From the human T2T-CHM13v2.0 reference genome, Homo sapiens: a stretch of 64,000 nucleotides of DNA. The translations under genes were made by a program, and so were the position numbers. This document shows, one piece after another, positions 28,601 to 43,721 of this stretch. The notes beneath the pieces were generated by a model. That model was not told the DNA's origin. It saw only the letters and a program-made list of their open reading frames with translations, and ran no database searches. The stretch lies in assembly GCF_009914755.1 (NCBI RefSeq), contig NC_060939.1. One strand, 5' to 3'. The first letter of the stretch is position 1; each line of letters opens with the position of its first letter.

Positions 28601-29457
28601 GAGAAGCAGGTGAGAATAGCCACCATCTTGGCAGGGTAACTGAACCTGAATAACAGGAGATGGGGCTATTGTTAAACAATACGGGCAGGTAATCCACTTG
28701 GGTGCCTCTTGGTTCTCCCTTGCCCAGTTGTGTCTATAAACAGACAAGTGCAGCTAACCTCATCTGAGAAAGATACTGTGACATGGGGCCCACATGCCAC
28801 ATCTACTCATAGGAATGAGGGTTTGGGTCACACCAGCAGGTAAGACACAAAGACCAGCAATGTTGGTAGTTGAGGGTAAAGGGAGTTTAAAATGCACAGT
28901 GGAGGAGGAAGTAATTATCAGCTGTGGTTCTGTGTCTGACTGCAGCAATAAGGCTGTGGTTTGTCTCATTAACATCCCTTTTAGTTTCTCCTTGGGTAAA
29001 GAGGTCTACAATAACCCTGGAGGAACTTCCTCTCAAACTTGTTTGGAGAAATGGAACCATGCAACACAAGGGCTGAAAAGTGGCAGATATAGAAACGAGC
29101 CAGTTCTATTTCTCTTCAAGAAAGGGCGCACATCCCAGCTGGGGGAAATGTGGTTCTCTGAAGTGTCCAGCTGTTGACTATTTCCAGTTCACCTCAACTT
29201 TTGAGCTGAGGTCATGCTCTTCTCAATGTGGCCCCTGTGGGTGACAGAGCAAGACTGTGCCACAACGGTCTTGCCATTTCTACCCAACGCATGATGCCAG
29301 AGCTCCCACGAGGCTGGCAGATACTTTGACAGATATCATTGTCTGACCCCTCTGCTAGACCAGTTCCACTTTTGCTCTTTTCTTTTCACATGTGTTGTTC
29401 CCCAATAACACATTTTTTCACCACTGTCTCCATACCATCTTCCCAGTGGAGCCAACT
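25698..29457 (+). mobile_element. Degenerate ERVL provirus with LTR16C-like LTRs (5' ~25698-26028, 3' ~29080-29457) and gag/pol remnants
   Basis: Both LTRs begin (g)tggcaga.atag..cttcaagaaagg. RT-connection remnant FKWGPKQE near 27763. Integrase C-terminal-like GMRVWVTPAGK..RPA..VVEGKG in ORF 28794-29177. RT core appears deleted. Confidence 0.75.
26661..26956 (+). mobile_element. AluSc-like inside the ERVL provirus
   Basis: ggtcaaggatcgagaccatcctggccaacatgg; TSD aagag(g/a)taataca at 26648-26660 and 26957-26969. Confidence 0.92.
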
Positions 29458-29743
29458 TCTTTTGATTTGGAATTTAAGAAGATGGATTAAAATGTATTTT
29501 TATAATTGATCTATTTCAAAAGGAGGAGGCGTATTAAGCAAATTAATTGTTAAAAAGGGAATGTTTAATGACAATAAAGGACAGTATATTCCTGATACCA
29601 CTAGACTGCTACATTTGCATGTACACTTTTTATCCCTGGGTTACTTATAGTTTACATTTTACATTCACTTATGAGAGTGTTTAATGTTCCAAAAGTAATG
29701 GGAAAGGACTTAAAATATAATCCTTCAATGAAACAAAATTTTA

Positions 29744-30142
<399 letters not shown>

Positions 30143-31744
30143 TTAAATGTTTCACTCCTTCATTCTTAGACAACACTTTGACCTGCTGCACGTATCTGGC
30201 ATTTGCTTAGGAAAATGCTTTATTAGTTAATTAAGATTATCCCTTGTCTGTCCAAGTAAATTTGAAGTGCTTTAAGACAGGTCTATGGTTCATTCATATG
30301 TTTGTTTGCCACTTTGTCTCTGGTCAGGGTCTGGGAAACAGAAAACACTCACAGATGTGGTTTACTTTTTCTTGTTTGGGACATCTATTTATTTGCCGAT
30401 AACATAGGACAAGGAGTGCGTTTTATCTTTCAAAGGAAAGACTTTACTCAATTATTGTGTTTCACTGTTTGCAGTTCAAGATCTATCTATATAAGTATGC
30501 AGATAATATACCCTCAGCTGGTTCACTTTACCTCTCTGGCCTTATATTTCTCATTTGTAAATTTAGGAAACTAGATTTTATAGTCAAAATCAGCTAGCAT
30601 TTACTGAATACTTATTATGACTGAGCTATTTGGTTAAATAATTTTATTCAATTCTCATTTTTTCTAGAAGAGAATTCATTGGTTTACATAATTTTAGTTG
30701 GAAGTGGACTGAGGGAAAATGGCAGATAGGAGGCAGGACTAACTTGCAGCTCCCACTTGGATGGACAGAACAACATATGGAGACTCACATAATGAACTTT
30801 TGCTCCAAGAACTACCACAGAAATATGCCAGGAAAGCCGAGAGAATCCACAGACCCTTTGAAGGAGGTGGATTGCTGCTGCAGGCTCCGTGGGACAGCTG
30901 AGGAACTGTGAGTCAGCTTGCTTTCTCAGCTGGGAGGCTTGTAGCCTAGGGCATGTTCTCAGCTCTGCTCACAGGCTGCCTGGAAATAAACTTGGTGCTA
31001 CTGGGTGGGCATGGTGGGAGTGAGACTGGCCTTTCAGGCTGTGGGCTACGTGGGAGGTAGGTGAGGCCTGTGACTGCTGGCTTTCTCCCACTTCCCTGGT
31101 GACCTGTGTGTTGCAGCAGAGGCAGTCATAATCCCCAGGGAACAGAACTCCATTGGCCTGAAAACCACACTCCCATCCCCCACAGCAGCCACAGCAAGCC
31201 CTGCCCAAGAAGAGTCTGAGCTCAGACACACCTAACCCTGCCCCACCTGTTAGTCTTTCTCTACCTGCCCTGGTAGCCAAACACAAGGGACATAATCTCC
31301 TGGGAGCTATATGGCCCACCTACTGCCTGACCCTAGGGCAAGCTTGTATCTCCCTGTACAACCACAGCTGATGTGCTCTTGAAAGCACCACTTCCTGGCT
31401 GGAGGCCAACCAACACAAAACCAGCATAACTTAACAAAAATACAACCACAGACCCTCATAGAGTCCACTTCAGTCCCCTGCTACCTCCACTGGAGCAGGT
31501 GCTGGTATCCACGGCTGAGGGACCTGAAGACAGATCACATCACAGGACTCTTTGTAGACATTCCCCAGTACCAGCCTGGAGCCCAGTAGCTCCACTTGGT
31601 GGCTAGATCCAGAAGATAAATAACAATCACTGCAGTTTGGCTCTCAGATAGCCCCATCCCTAGAAGAAAGGGGGAGAGCAACCACATCAAGGGAACACCT
31701 TGTGGGACAAAAGAATCTAAACAGCAGCCCTTGAGTCTACCCAA

Positions 31745-34700
31745 ATGAGAAGGAACAAGAAAAATAATTCTGATAACATGGCAAAACAAAGTTCTTTAGC
31801 ACTCCCAAAAGATCACACTAGCTAACCAGCAATGGATACAAACCCAGACAAAAATCTCTGGATTGCCAGAGAAAGAATTCAGAAAGTCGGCTATTAAGCT
31901 GATCAAGGAGCCATCAGAGAAAGGTGAAGTCCAACTTAAAGAAATCAAAAAAATAATACTGGATATGAATGGAGAACTTGTCAGTAAAATAGATAGCATA
32001 AATATAAAACAATCACAACTTCTGGAAATGAAGGACACAATTACAGAATTGGAAAATTCACTGGAAATTCTCAGCAATAGAATCAAACAAGTAGAAGAAA
32101 GAACTTCATAGCTTGAAGATGAGGCTTTTGAATTAACCCAATCCCACAAAGACAAAAAAGAAAGAATAATAATAATAAAAAAGAACAAAGCCTCCAAGAA
32201 CTTTGGAATTACGTTAAACAATCAAACCTGAGAATAATTGGTGTTCCTGAGGGAGAAGAGAAATCTAAAATTTAGAAAACATATTTGAGGGAATAATCGA
32301 GGAAAACTTCCCCAGCCTTGCTAGAGATCTGTAAATCTGTATTAGTCCATTCTCATGCTGCTATAAAGAACTGCTCGACACTGGGTAATTTATAAGGAAA
32401 AGAGGTTTAATGGATTCACAGTTCCATAGGGCTGGAGAGGCCTCAGGGAACTTACAATCATGATGGAAGGGGAAGCAAGCATATCCTTCTTCACATGGTG
32501 GCAGGAAGGAGAAGTATGAGAGCCAAGTGAAGGGGGAAGACCCTTATAAAACCATCAGATCTCATAAGAACTTACTATCATGAGAATAGCTTGGGGGAAA
32601 CTGCCCCCATGCTTCAATTACCTTCCAACAGATCCCTCCCATGACATGGGGATTATGGGAACTACAATTCAAAATGAGATATGGGTGAGAACATAGCCAA
32701 ACTATATCATTTTGCCCCTGGCCTCTCCAAAATCTCATGTCCTCACATTTTAAAACACAATCATGCCTTTCCAGTAGTCCCCCAACATCTTAGCTCATTC
32801 CAGCATTAACCCAAAAGTCCAAGTCCAAAGTCTCATCTGAGACAAGGCAAGTCCCTTCCACCTATGAGCCTGTAAAATCAAAAGCAAGTTAGTTACTTCC
32901 TAGATACAATGGGGACACAGGCGTTGGGTAAATACACCCATTTCAAATGGGAGAAGTTGGCCAAAACTAAAGGGCTACAGGCCCCATGCAAATCCAAAAT
33001 TCAATAGAGCAGTCATTAAACCCAAAATGATCTTTGAATCCATGCCTCATATCTAGGTCATGCTGATGCAAGAGGTGGGCTCCCACAGCCTTGGGCAGCT
33101 CTGTCTCAGTGGCTTTGCAGGATACGGCCCTTCTCAGCTACTTTCACAGGCTGGCCTAGAGTGCCTGTGGCTTTTCCAGATGCATAGTGCGAGCTTTTGG
33201 TGGATCTACCATTCTGGGGTCTGGAGGATGGTGGCCCTCTTCTCACAGCTCCACTAGGCAGTGCCCCAGTGGGGACTCTGTGTGGGGTCTTCAACTCTAT
33301 ATTTCTCTTCCACACTGCCCTAGCAGTGGCTCTCTACTAGGACTCTGCTCCTGTGACAAACTTCTGCCTGGACATCCAGGTGTTTGCATACATCCTCTGA
33401 AATCTAGGTGGATGTTCCCATACCTCAATTCTTGACTTTTGTGCACTGCAGGCTCAACACCATATGGAAACTGCCAAGGCTTGGGGCTTGTACCCTCTGA
33501 AGCAATGGCCTGAGCTGTACTTTGACCCCTTTTAGCCATGGCTGGAGTGGCTGAAAACCAGGGCACCAAGTCCTGAGGCTGCACACAGCAGGGGGTCCTG
33601 GGCCTGGCCCACAAAATTATTTTTCCCTCCTAGGCCTCTGGGCCACATTCCTCCAGACCCTAGTATCATACGTCCACTGACAGCTTGCGCCATGTGGCTG
33701 AAAAAGCCACAGGCACTCAACATCTGCTGTGAAGGTCTCTGACATGCCCTGGAGACATTTTCCTCATTACTTATGCAAATTTCTGCAGCAAGCTTGAATT
33801 TCTTCCCAGAAAATGTGTTTTTCTTTTCTATTGCATCATCAGGCTGCAAATTTTCCAAACTTTTATGCTCTGCTTCCTCTTGAACGCTTTGCTACTTAGA
33901 AATTTCCTTGCCAGATACCCTAAATCATTCTCTCTCAAGTTCAAAGTTCCCCAGATCTCTAGGGCAGGTGCAAAATGCTGCCAGTCTCTTTGCATAGCAA
34001 GTCACCTTTACTCCAGTTCCCAAAAAGTTCCTCATCTCCATCTGAGATGACCTCAGCCTGGACTTCATTGTCCATATCACTATAATCATTTTGGTTAAAG
34101 CCATTCAACAAGTCTCTAGGAAGTTCCAAACTTTCCCACATCTGTCTTCTGAACCCTCCAAGTCTCTAGGAAGTTCCAAACTTTCCCATATTTTCCTATC
34201 TTATTCTGAGCACTCCAAACTGTTCCATCCTCTGCCTGTTACTCAGTTCCAAAGTCACTTGTACATTTTGAGGTATCCTTATAGCAACACCTCACTCTAC
34301 CGATATCAATTTACTGTATTAGTCCATTCTCACACTGCTATAAAGAACTGTCTGAGACTGAGTAATTTATAAGGAAAAGAGGTTTAATTGACTCACAGTT
34401 CTGCAGGGCTGGGGAGGCCTCAGGAAACTTATAACAGAAAGGGAAGCAAACACATCCTTCTTTGCATGGTGGCAGGAAGGAGAAGAATGAGAACTGAACA
34501 AAGGGGGAAGACCGTTGTAAAACCACCAGATTTCATGAGAACTTACTATCACAAAAATAGCATGGGGGAAACCACCCCATACTTCAATTACCTCCCACTG
34601 GGTCCCTCCCATGACATGTGGGGATTATGGGAACTACAATTCAAGATGAGATTTGGGTGGGGACACAGCAAACCATAACAACATCCAAATGCAAGAAGCT

Positions 34701-35095
34701 CAAAGAACACCTGGAAAATTCATTGCAAAAAGATTATCACCTAGCCTCATAGTCATCAGGTTATCTAAACTCAAGATGAAGGAAAAAAATCTTGAGATCT
34801 GTAAGGCAAAAGCATCAGGTAACCTATAAAGGAAAACATATCAGGTTAACAGCAAATTTCTCAGCTGAAACCCTATAAGCTAGAAGGGATTGGGGTCCTA
34901 TTTTTAGCCTCCTTAAACAAAACAATTATCAGCCAAAAATTTTATATCCAGTGAAACTAAGCTTCATAAATGAATGAAAGAGACAGTCTTTTTCAGACAA
35001 ATGCTGAGAGAATTTGCCACTACCAAGCCAGCAGTACAGGAATTGCTAAAAGAAGCTCTAAATCTTGAACCAAATCCTTGAAATACACCAAAATA
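31745..35095 (+). pseudogene. L1 ORF1 remnant, disrupted by stops and the THE1 insertion
   Basis: ATG at 31745 (MRRNKKNNS); coiled-coil fragment in ORF 31863-32111 (NSLEILSNRIKQVEERTS). Confidence 0.85.
32338..34680 (-). mobile_element. Complete THE1C/D MaLR provirus (LTRs 32338-32709 and 34315-34680, internal region ~1.6 kb)
   Basis: Two direct LTRs starting tgtattagtccattctca on +; 5-bp TSD AAATC/ACATC at 32333-32337 and 34681-34685; L1 ORF1 resumes colinearly. Confidence 0.95.
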
Positions 35096-35174
35096 GAACC
35101 TCCTTAAAGCATAAATCTCACAGGACCTATAAAACAGCAGCACACTGAAAAAGAAAATGAACGCAACAAATAGC

Positions 35175-38100
35175 ATGATGAATAGAATAGTACATCACAT
35201 GTCAATACTAATGTTAAATGTAAATGGCCTAAATGCTCCACTTAAAAGATACAGAATGGATATGAATTCACCGACCAAGTTTCTACTGTCTTCAAGAGAC
35301 TCACCTAACACATAGGACTCACATACACTTAAGGAAAGGGGTGGAAAAAGATATTCTATGCAAATAGACATGAAAAGTGAGCAGGAGTAGCTATTCTTAT
35401 ATCAGACAAAACAAACTTTAAAGCAACAGCAGTTAAAAAAGTCAAAGAGGGACATTATATAATGATAAAGGGACTAACTAGTCCAATAGGAAAATATCCA
35501 CAATTCTAAATATATATGCACCTAACACTGAAGCTCCCAAATGTACTATTAGACCTAAGAAATGAGATAAATGATACCACAATAATAGTGGGGGACTTTA
35601 ATACTCCACTGACAGCACTAACAGGTCATCAAGACAGAAAGTCAAAAAAGAAACGATGGACTTAAACAATACCCTAGAACAAATGGACTTAACAGATATT
35701 TACAGAACATTCTCCCCAACAAATGCAGAATATACATTATATTCATCAGTACATGAAACACTCTCTAAGATAGACCATATGATAGGCCACAAAACAAGTC
35801 TCAGTAAATTTAAGAAAATCAAAATTATATCAAGTACTCTGTCAGACTACAATGGAATAAAATTGGAAATCATCTTCAAAAGAACCCTCAAAACCATGCA
35901 AACACATGGAAATTAAATGACCTCCTGAATGATCATTGGGTCAACAATGAAATCAAGATGGAAATTAAAAAGTTATTTGAGCTGAATGACACAACCTATC
36001 AAAACCTCCATGATACAGCACAAATGGTGCTAAAAGGAAAGGTTATACCTTAAATGCCTACATCAAAGAGTCTGAAAGAGCACAAATATACAATCTAAAG
36101 TAACACCTTAAGGAGCTAGAGAAACAAGAACAAACCAAACTCAAACACAGCATAAGAAAATAAATAACGAAAACCAGAGCAGAACTAAATGAAATGGAAA
36201 CAATCAAAGAAACAAAAAAATACAAAAGATAAATGAAACAAAACAAAATTTGCTTCTTTGAAAAAATACATAAAAGTCATAGACCATTAGTGTGGTTAAC
36301 CAAGAAAAGAAGAGAGAAGATCCAAATAAGCTCAATTAGAAACAAAATGGGAGATGTTACAACCGACACCACAGAAATACAAAAGATTATTCAAGGCTAC
36401 TGTGGAAACTTCTATGGGCTTAAACTAGAAAACCTAGAGGAGATGGATAAATTCCTGGAAATATACAACCCTTTTAGATTAAACCAGGAAGATATAGAAA
36501 TTCTGAACAGACCAATAACAAGCAGCAAGATTGAAATGGTAATTAAAAAGTTACCAAAAAAAAAAAGTCTAGGACCAGACGAATTTACAGCTGAATACTA
36601 TCAGACATTCAAAGAAGAATTGGTACCAATTCTACCGACACTATTTCAAAAGATAGAGAAGAGGGAATCCTTTCTAAGTAATTTTATGAAGCCTGTATCA
36701 CCCTAATACCAAAACCAGGAAAGGACATAACATGAAAAAGAAAACTACAGACCAGTATCCCTGATGAACATGGATGCAAAAATCCTCAACAAAATACTAG
36801 CAAACTAAATCCAACAGCATATTGAAAGGATAATCCACCATGATCAGGTGGGTTTCATACCAGGGATGCAGGGATGGTTTAACATCCACAAGTCAATAAA
36901 TGTGATACACCACATAAATAGAGTTAAAAATCATGTGATCATCTCAATAGAGGCAGAAAAAGCATTTGACAAAACCCAGCATCCCTTTATGATTAAAACC
37001 CTCAGCAAAACTGGCCTAGAAGGGACATACCTTTAGGTAATAAAAGCCATCTATGACAAACCCACAGCCAACATTATACTGAACAGGGAATAGTTGAAAG
37101 CATTTCTGCCTGAGAACTAGAACAAAACAAAGGTGCCCATTTTCACCACTTCAATACAGTACTGGAAGTCCTAGCCAGAGCAACCAGACAAGAGAAGGAA
37201 ATAAAGGGCATCCAAATCAGTAAAGAGGAAGTCAAACTGTCACTGTTTGCTGATGACATGATCATATACCTCAAAAACCCTAAAGACTCATCCAAAAAAG
37301 TCCTAGAACTGGTAAATGAATTCAGCAAAGTTTCAGGATACAAAGTTAATGTTCATAGATCAGTAGTCCTGTTACACACCAACAGAGACCAAGCTGAGAA
37401 TCAAATAAAGAACTCAACCCCTTTTAAAATAGCTGCCAAAAAAAAAAAAACCAAAAAACAGAAAACCAAACCTTAGGAATATAGCTAACCGAGGACATGA
37501 AAGACTTCTACAAGGGAAAGTACAAAACCCTGCTGAGAGAAATAATAGATGACACAAACAAATGGAAACATACCCCATGATCATGGATGGGTAGAATGAA
37601 TGTTGTGAAAATGACCATACTGCCAAAAGCCATCTACAAATTCATTGCAATTCCCATCAAAATACCACCATCATTCTTCACAGAACTAGAAAAAGCAATC
37701 CTAAAATTCATATGAAAAAAGAGCCCACATAGCCAAAGCAAGACTAAGCAAAAAGAACAAATCTGGAGGCATTACATTACCCAACTTAAAACTATGCTAT
37801 AAAGCCCTAGTCACCAAAACACCATGTTACTGGTATAAAAATAGGCATGTAGATCAATGGAACCAAATAGAATACATGGAAATAAAGCCAAATACTTACA
37901 GCCAACTGATCATCAACAAAGCAAACAATAACATAAAGTAGGGAAAGGATGCCCTATTCAACAAGTGGTGCTGGGATAATTGGCAAGCCACATGTAGGAC
38001 GATGAAACTGAATCCTCATCTCTCACCTTATACAAAAATCAACTCAAGGTGAATCAAAGACTTAAACCTAGGACCTGAAACCATAAAGATTCTAGAAGAT

Positions 38101-38990
38101 AACATCAGGAAAACCCTTCTAGACACTGGCTTAGGCAAAGACTTCATGACCAAGAACCCCAAAGCAAAAGCAACAAAATCGAAGATAAATAGATGGGACT
38201 TAATTAAACTAAAAAGCTTCTGCACAGCAAAAGAAATAATCAAAAGAGTTAACAGACAACCCACAGAGTGGGAGAAAATCTTCACAATCTATACATCTGA
38301 CAAAGGACTCTTATCCAGATTCTACAAAGAACTCAAACAAATCAGGAAGAAAAAAACCCAAATAATCCCATCAAAAGTAGGCTAAGGACATGAATAGACA
38401 ATTCTCAAAAGAAGACATATAAATGTCCAACAAGCATATGGAAAAATGCTCAACATTGCTAATTATCAGGAAAATGCAAATCAAAACCATAATGTGATAC
38501 CACCTTACTCCTGCAAGAATGGCCATAATTAAAAAATTAAAAGATAATAGATGTTGGCATGGATGTAATGAAAAGGAAACATTTTTACACTGTTGGTGGG
38601 AATGTAAACTAGTACAACCACTATGGAAAGGAGTGTGGAGATTCCATAAAGAACTAAACAAGTAGATCCACCATTTGATCCATCAATCCCACTGCTAGGT
38701 ATCTACCCAGAGGAAAAGAAGTCATTATACAAAAAAGATAATTGCACACACATGTTTATAGCAGCACAATTTGCAATTGCAAGAGACAGAACCAGCCCAA
38801 ATGCCCATCAATCAGTGGATAAAGACAACATGGTACATATATACCATGGAATACTACTCAGCCATGAAAAGGAACTAAATAATGGCATTTGCAGCAACCT
38901 CAATGGAATTGGAGACTAACATTCTAAGTGAAGTTACTGAGGAATGGAAAAACCAAACATCATATGTTCTCACTCATAGGTGGGAGGTAA
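35175..38990 (+). pseudogene. L1 ORF2 (endonuclease/RT) remnant with many stops and frameshifts
   Basis: LNVNGLNAPLKRYR start; SKIDHMIGHK (EN); [12 protein letters not shown]; LFADDM at 37243-37260; [17 protein letters not shown]. Confidence 0.92.
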
Positions 38991-41479
38991 GCTATGAGGA
39001 CACAAAGGTATAAGAATGATACATTGGACTTTGAGGACTCAGGGGAAAGGGTTGGGGGTGGTGAGGGATAAAAGACTACACATTGGGTACAGGGTACACT
39101 GCTTGGGTGATGGGTGCACCAAAATCTCAGAAATCACCACTAAACAACTTATTCATGTAACCAAACACTGCTTGTTTCCCAAAAACCTATTGAAATAATA
39201 AGAATTTTAATTAATTGCTGACAACCACCAGCTAGTAAGTAGTAGAGCTTAACTTGAGTCCAGTTCTGAATAACTACTAAACCCAAGTACTTAACTGCTG
39301 AGCACTATCTTGCCTCAGTTCTAAAAGGTAGTTAAATACAGGTTTCTTTTTTTTCCCCCCAACTCCAGGATTTCATTGGTCTAGAAGCTCTGAGATAGAG
39401 CAAGTCAAAATCATCTCTCTGCATCTAGTGGCATCCTGAACACAGAGAGGAGAGCTCTACTGTTTTGTGAACACATCACAGCTGGGGGTCCTGTGCTTTT
39501 GCATTCTTTCCATGAGTCCAGTATTACCTGAGGTAATTTGAGGGAGTTTCTATTTCCTGCAACCAGATAAACCTACCTAGAACAGTTCTTAGCACATTGA
39601 AGGGAACATGAAATCTGTAGTTAGAGAAAAAATGTGTTTATGTAGAGGGTCTAGATGAGACATGTTTCATTGTGATTTTCTTTTCTTCTGAAAAAGTTTC
39701 TGGGCTCCGAAAATTCTGGCATATTTAGAGTTCCAATGAATCCAAGATTTATTGCCATTCATCCACAACAAGGTTTTCAGTGGATGCTGATTGTCCTCAC
39801 ATACAACAAGGTAGGTGTACTCGGTTTCAGCCAAAAGCCAGAACTTTCTTTAGTTGAGTAGGGAGCATTTTTATACATTGTACCTTTAACGCTTGATAAT
39901 ACAGCTCTAATTGTATCTGTTATCTAATTATTGAAACAGTATTTCTGAGAATTACCATTGCTTTTAGAGTAGCAGAGCTGAAGTTCTTAAAATTTTTTCT
40001 CCAAGGATTAAAAATACCTGGTGTTAAAGGAAACCCATGAGAGTGATTGTTTTTTTGTAGGTCCTTAAAGATGAGGCTATTTAGGTGGTGAATCCTTTAC
40101 TAAAGGGAAACCTAAGTTAGCCAGAATGTTGGCAAGAAACTCTACCGCACATGCTGAGCCCCAGGGACCTCATCATGCCTAGAGTTCAATATATGCAAAG
40201 CAAGTCTGTTGTCCACTTGGGTCGACAATGATGAGAGGCTTAGTGATACTGAGGGTGGAGAAAGCAGGTTTTGTTCCCTCTTGACAGATTATATTCCAAG
40301 CAATCTGGTAACAGGAGGAGGAAGACAGGTCTAGAATAAAAATAGAGCCCTTTAATTTTGAAAATGATGAGAGCAAATATAGCAAGAGCAAGAGCCAGTC
40401 TTGGAGGCAGGAAGTCTGTGACATGAACACTGCTGAAATAGACCAGGAATATTGATTACAGGAAAATGTGGAGTTATGTGGAAGAAACTTTCCTTCCACT
40501 CCATATCATTTACTTGTAAACTATCAATGCTTATCCCAGTTGCTAGGTGTGGACCATAGAATGTCTGGATTGAACATGCATGGGGGGCTTTTTGCCATTT
40601 TCCTCAACTTTGATGGTTTTCCTCCCTGACCCCACACAATTACACAGATTCCTCCCAAGGTGTATAACACAAGGATCTACAAGGAAGGCAGGGTGCCCAG
40701 GCTAGCGAGAGCAGATAGGACAGCTGTAGGGCAGAGCAGAGTATCTTATGAAGTCTTAGGAGGCCCTGGGGCTCTTTTGCATTTTTCCTCACAAAGCAGT
40801 AGTTTTCTTTACCTTAGAAAAGTCTTATTTGATTAGAGAAGAAGCATCCATGCAACTGTGGGGGGAAAAATACTGGAGACAAGTAGCTCATGCTTCGCTG
40901 TGAATCTGGACAGGTGAAATGAACAAGCTGAGTGTGGCAAGAAGGAACAATGAGAAGGTCTACCTTCCCAGCAGTCAAGCAACAAACTTTTATCACACAC
41001 TGGTACCTGCTCAGCCTGAATCAGGACCCTACAAGGGGCATTCAAGTAGGCCTTTCAGTCTAGACAGGAAGACAAAACATATTTATGGGGGTGTGTATGT
41101 TTGTGTCTGTATAAATAAGTAAAATATCATAGAATACCATAAAATAAAAAGTAATCTTGTTTGATTTAGACAATTAGTGGTGCATGAGTTCTGAAGGAAG
41201 GGATATTAGCAAGGTATACAATAGTTTGGAGATTTTGGCCAACCCATTATGGTTCCCAGTTACTTTTGCCACTTCTAGGAGGTCTTCCCACTACCCTGCA
41301 GTGCAAGAGGGGGCAGGAGCACCTTGAAATCTTTTCATTTATGGGCAAGTTCAATTTTTATAGAATATAAAGTTTGAAGGGAATAGAAACTGTAGCAAAA
41401 CGATACAAGTCTAGGCACTCTGTTCAACGCTTACCTCCTATACTAAATAGTTGATGGTCTCTTTGGATTTTGGAAGCAC

Positions 41480-42590
41480 TCTGTTCAACTTGTTTTATCA
41501 TGATTTCTCTATCTCTACCAAGGCCCAGCAGCATACCAAGAACTATTTTTCAAGTGATAAGTAGTTTTCTGCTGCAGAAGGTGTGGCTGAGCTCAGAAAT
41601 ACTAGGGATCTGTACATTGCCTTTCCAATTTGGGCTTGCCAAAGACTTTAGACATCCAAGATATCTTGCTGTGGTTATCTTTAGTAACATTAGCACCTTA
41701 GTCATACGACCTGAGTGGTAAGGCAACTTGCACCACAGCCTGCATCCCACACAAAATTGTCAGTCTCCAAGTCACCTGATGCATGGGGCAGGTATGAAAT
41801 ACACTGATAATATTTTTGAATGTGATATATACTACCCCCAGCTTGTAATGGTGTACCCCAGGCCACTGCACTCCTTAAAACTTCACTAACATGGCAAGCT
41901 GTGGTATCTTCATAGGGTTTTCCTTGCACCGTCCACCATAATGTACCTTTCCAGGACATCCAAAGTATTTGCCACATTAGTCTATTAAGTATGTTGTCAT
42001 TGATGTAGAGGAACACTAATATGTTCTGTGTAATGTCAAGATGCTCATGTTTCCTGTGGATAATGTTTTGACAGAGAACAGAAGAGTTAGGTTGGCCCTT
42101 GGGCAGGACAGTTAAAGTAGAAATCTGTTCCTACTATGTGAAGTCAAGTTACTTTTTATGCTTTCCATTGATGGAGATAGAGAAAAATACATTTACCAGA
42201 ATAATAGTGACATAGCAAGTGCCCCAGGCCATATTGTTTTGCTCTAGTAAAGACACCATACCCGGAAATAGCATCTGCACTTGCAGCTCACACCTGATTA
42301 GGCTTATGGTAGTCTTCTCTCCTCTGCCACATTTCATCTGGTTTTCTCAGGTGCCAAAACATTGAGAGGAGATTTGATGGAAAGTGCCACTATTTCATTT
42401 AAGTCTTTCAGGGTAATATGAATCTTTGAAATTCCTCCTGGGATACAATATTGTTTGTTTTTGACTTACTGTTTTGGCTAAGACTGGGGCAGTTTTAGAG
42501 GCTTCTACTTGGTTTTTCCTACCATAATGCAAATAGCATGATGTACACCACTACAATGCTGGTTCCATAGAAACCCTCCACATGCGTTTC
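41480..42590 (-). pseudogene. ERVL pol (reverse transcriptase) remnant
   Basis: Minus-strand ORFs give VSLLEQNN..GTCY..IILVNVFFSI (cf. ERVL VSLLEQIN..GTWYAAIDLANAFFSI) and LYINDNI (degenerate YIDDI). Confidence 0.8.
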
Positions 42591-42872
42591 CATCTTCTCA
42601 TTTTATTGAACACAGAGAACAGAATAGAAAGGTGAGGGGTCTCAGAGACATATTTCATATTTTTCCTGATTCCTGTTTCCCCCTTTGTCTTCTCCCAGGT
42701 ATCCAGTGCTTCATGATCTTTAGATGAAAGATGATTAGAGCTAGAGTTAGGAGCCCTGGGTCTGCTTCCTGGTTCTGTCCCTGGTAGGCAGTTTAACTGC
42801 AGGCAAGGCACATGATCTGTCAGAACTTAATCACTTCATCTACAAGATGATGCACTGAAAAAGGTAGCCTCC

Positions 42873-43217
<345 letters not shown>

Positions 43218-43387
43218 CTAAGATTGTATGAATACTGAGTATAATCTGAAATTGATTCACATTGAGGACCCAACATCTGATCTTTGGAGTTACCTATTCT
43301 GGGGATCACTAGCAGGTGTGAAAGTCTCTTCCTGGCTTGGCTGTTTTTTTTCTGGGGAGTTGGAGCAGTCCTTGTCCTGACTATAAT

Positions 43388-43721
<334 letters not shown>

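Larger units (their letters stand above)
30700..39202 (+). mobile_element. Full-length L1PB1-like LINE (~6.2 kb excluding the nested THE1)
   Basis: L1PBa-type 5' UTR (aaatggcagataggaggcaggacta), ORF1 and ORF2 remnants, L1PB1-type 3' end (gggataaaagactacacattgggtacag..aaaaacctattgaaat). Candidate TSD aatttta(g/a)tt at 30690-30699 and 39203-39212. Confidence 0.92.

Noticed and set aside
34109-34210. ~50-bp tandem duplication in the THE1 internal region
   Set aside because: I recall this as a feature of THE1C/D internal consensus sequences, so it is probably not locus-specific (unverified).
35175-38990. Possible active reverse transcriptase gene
   Set aside because: L1 ORF2 is broken into short ORFs by many stops and frameshifts.
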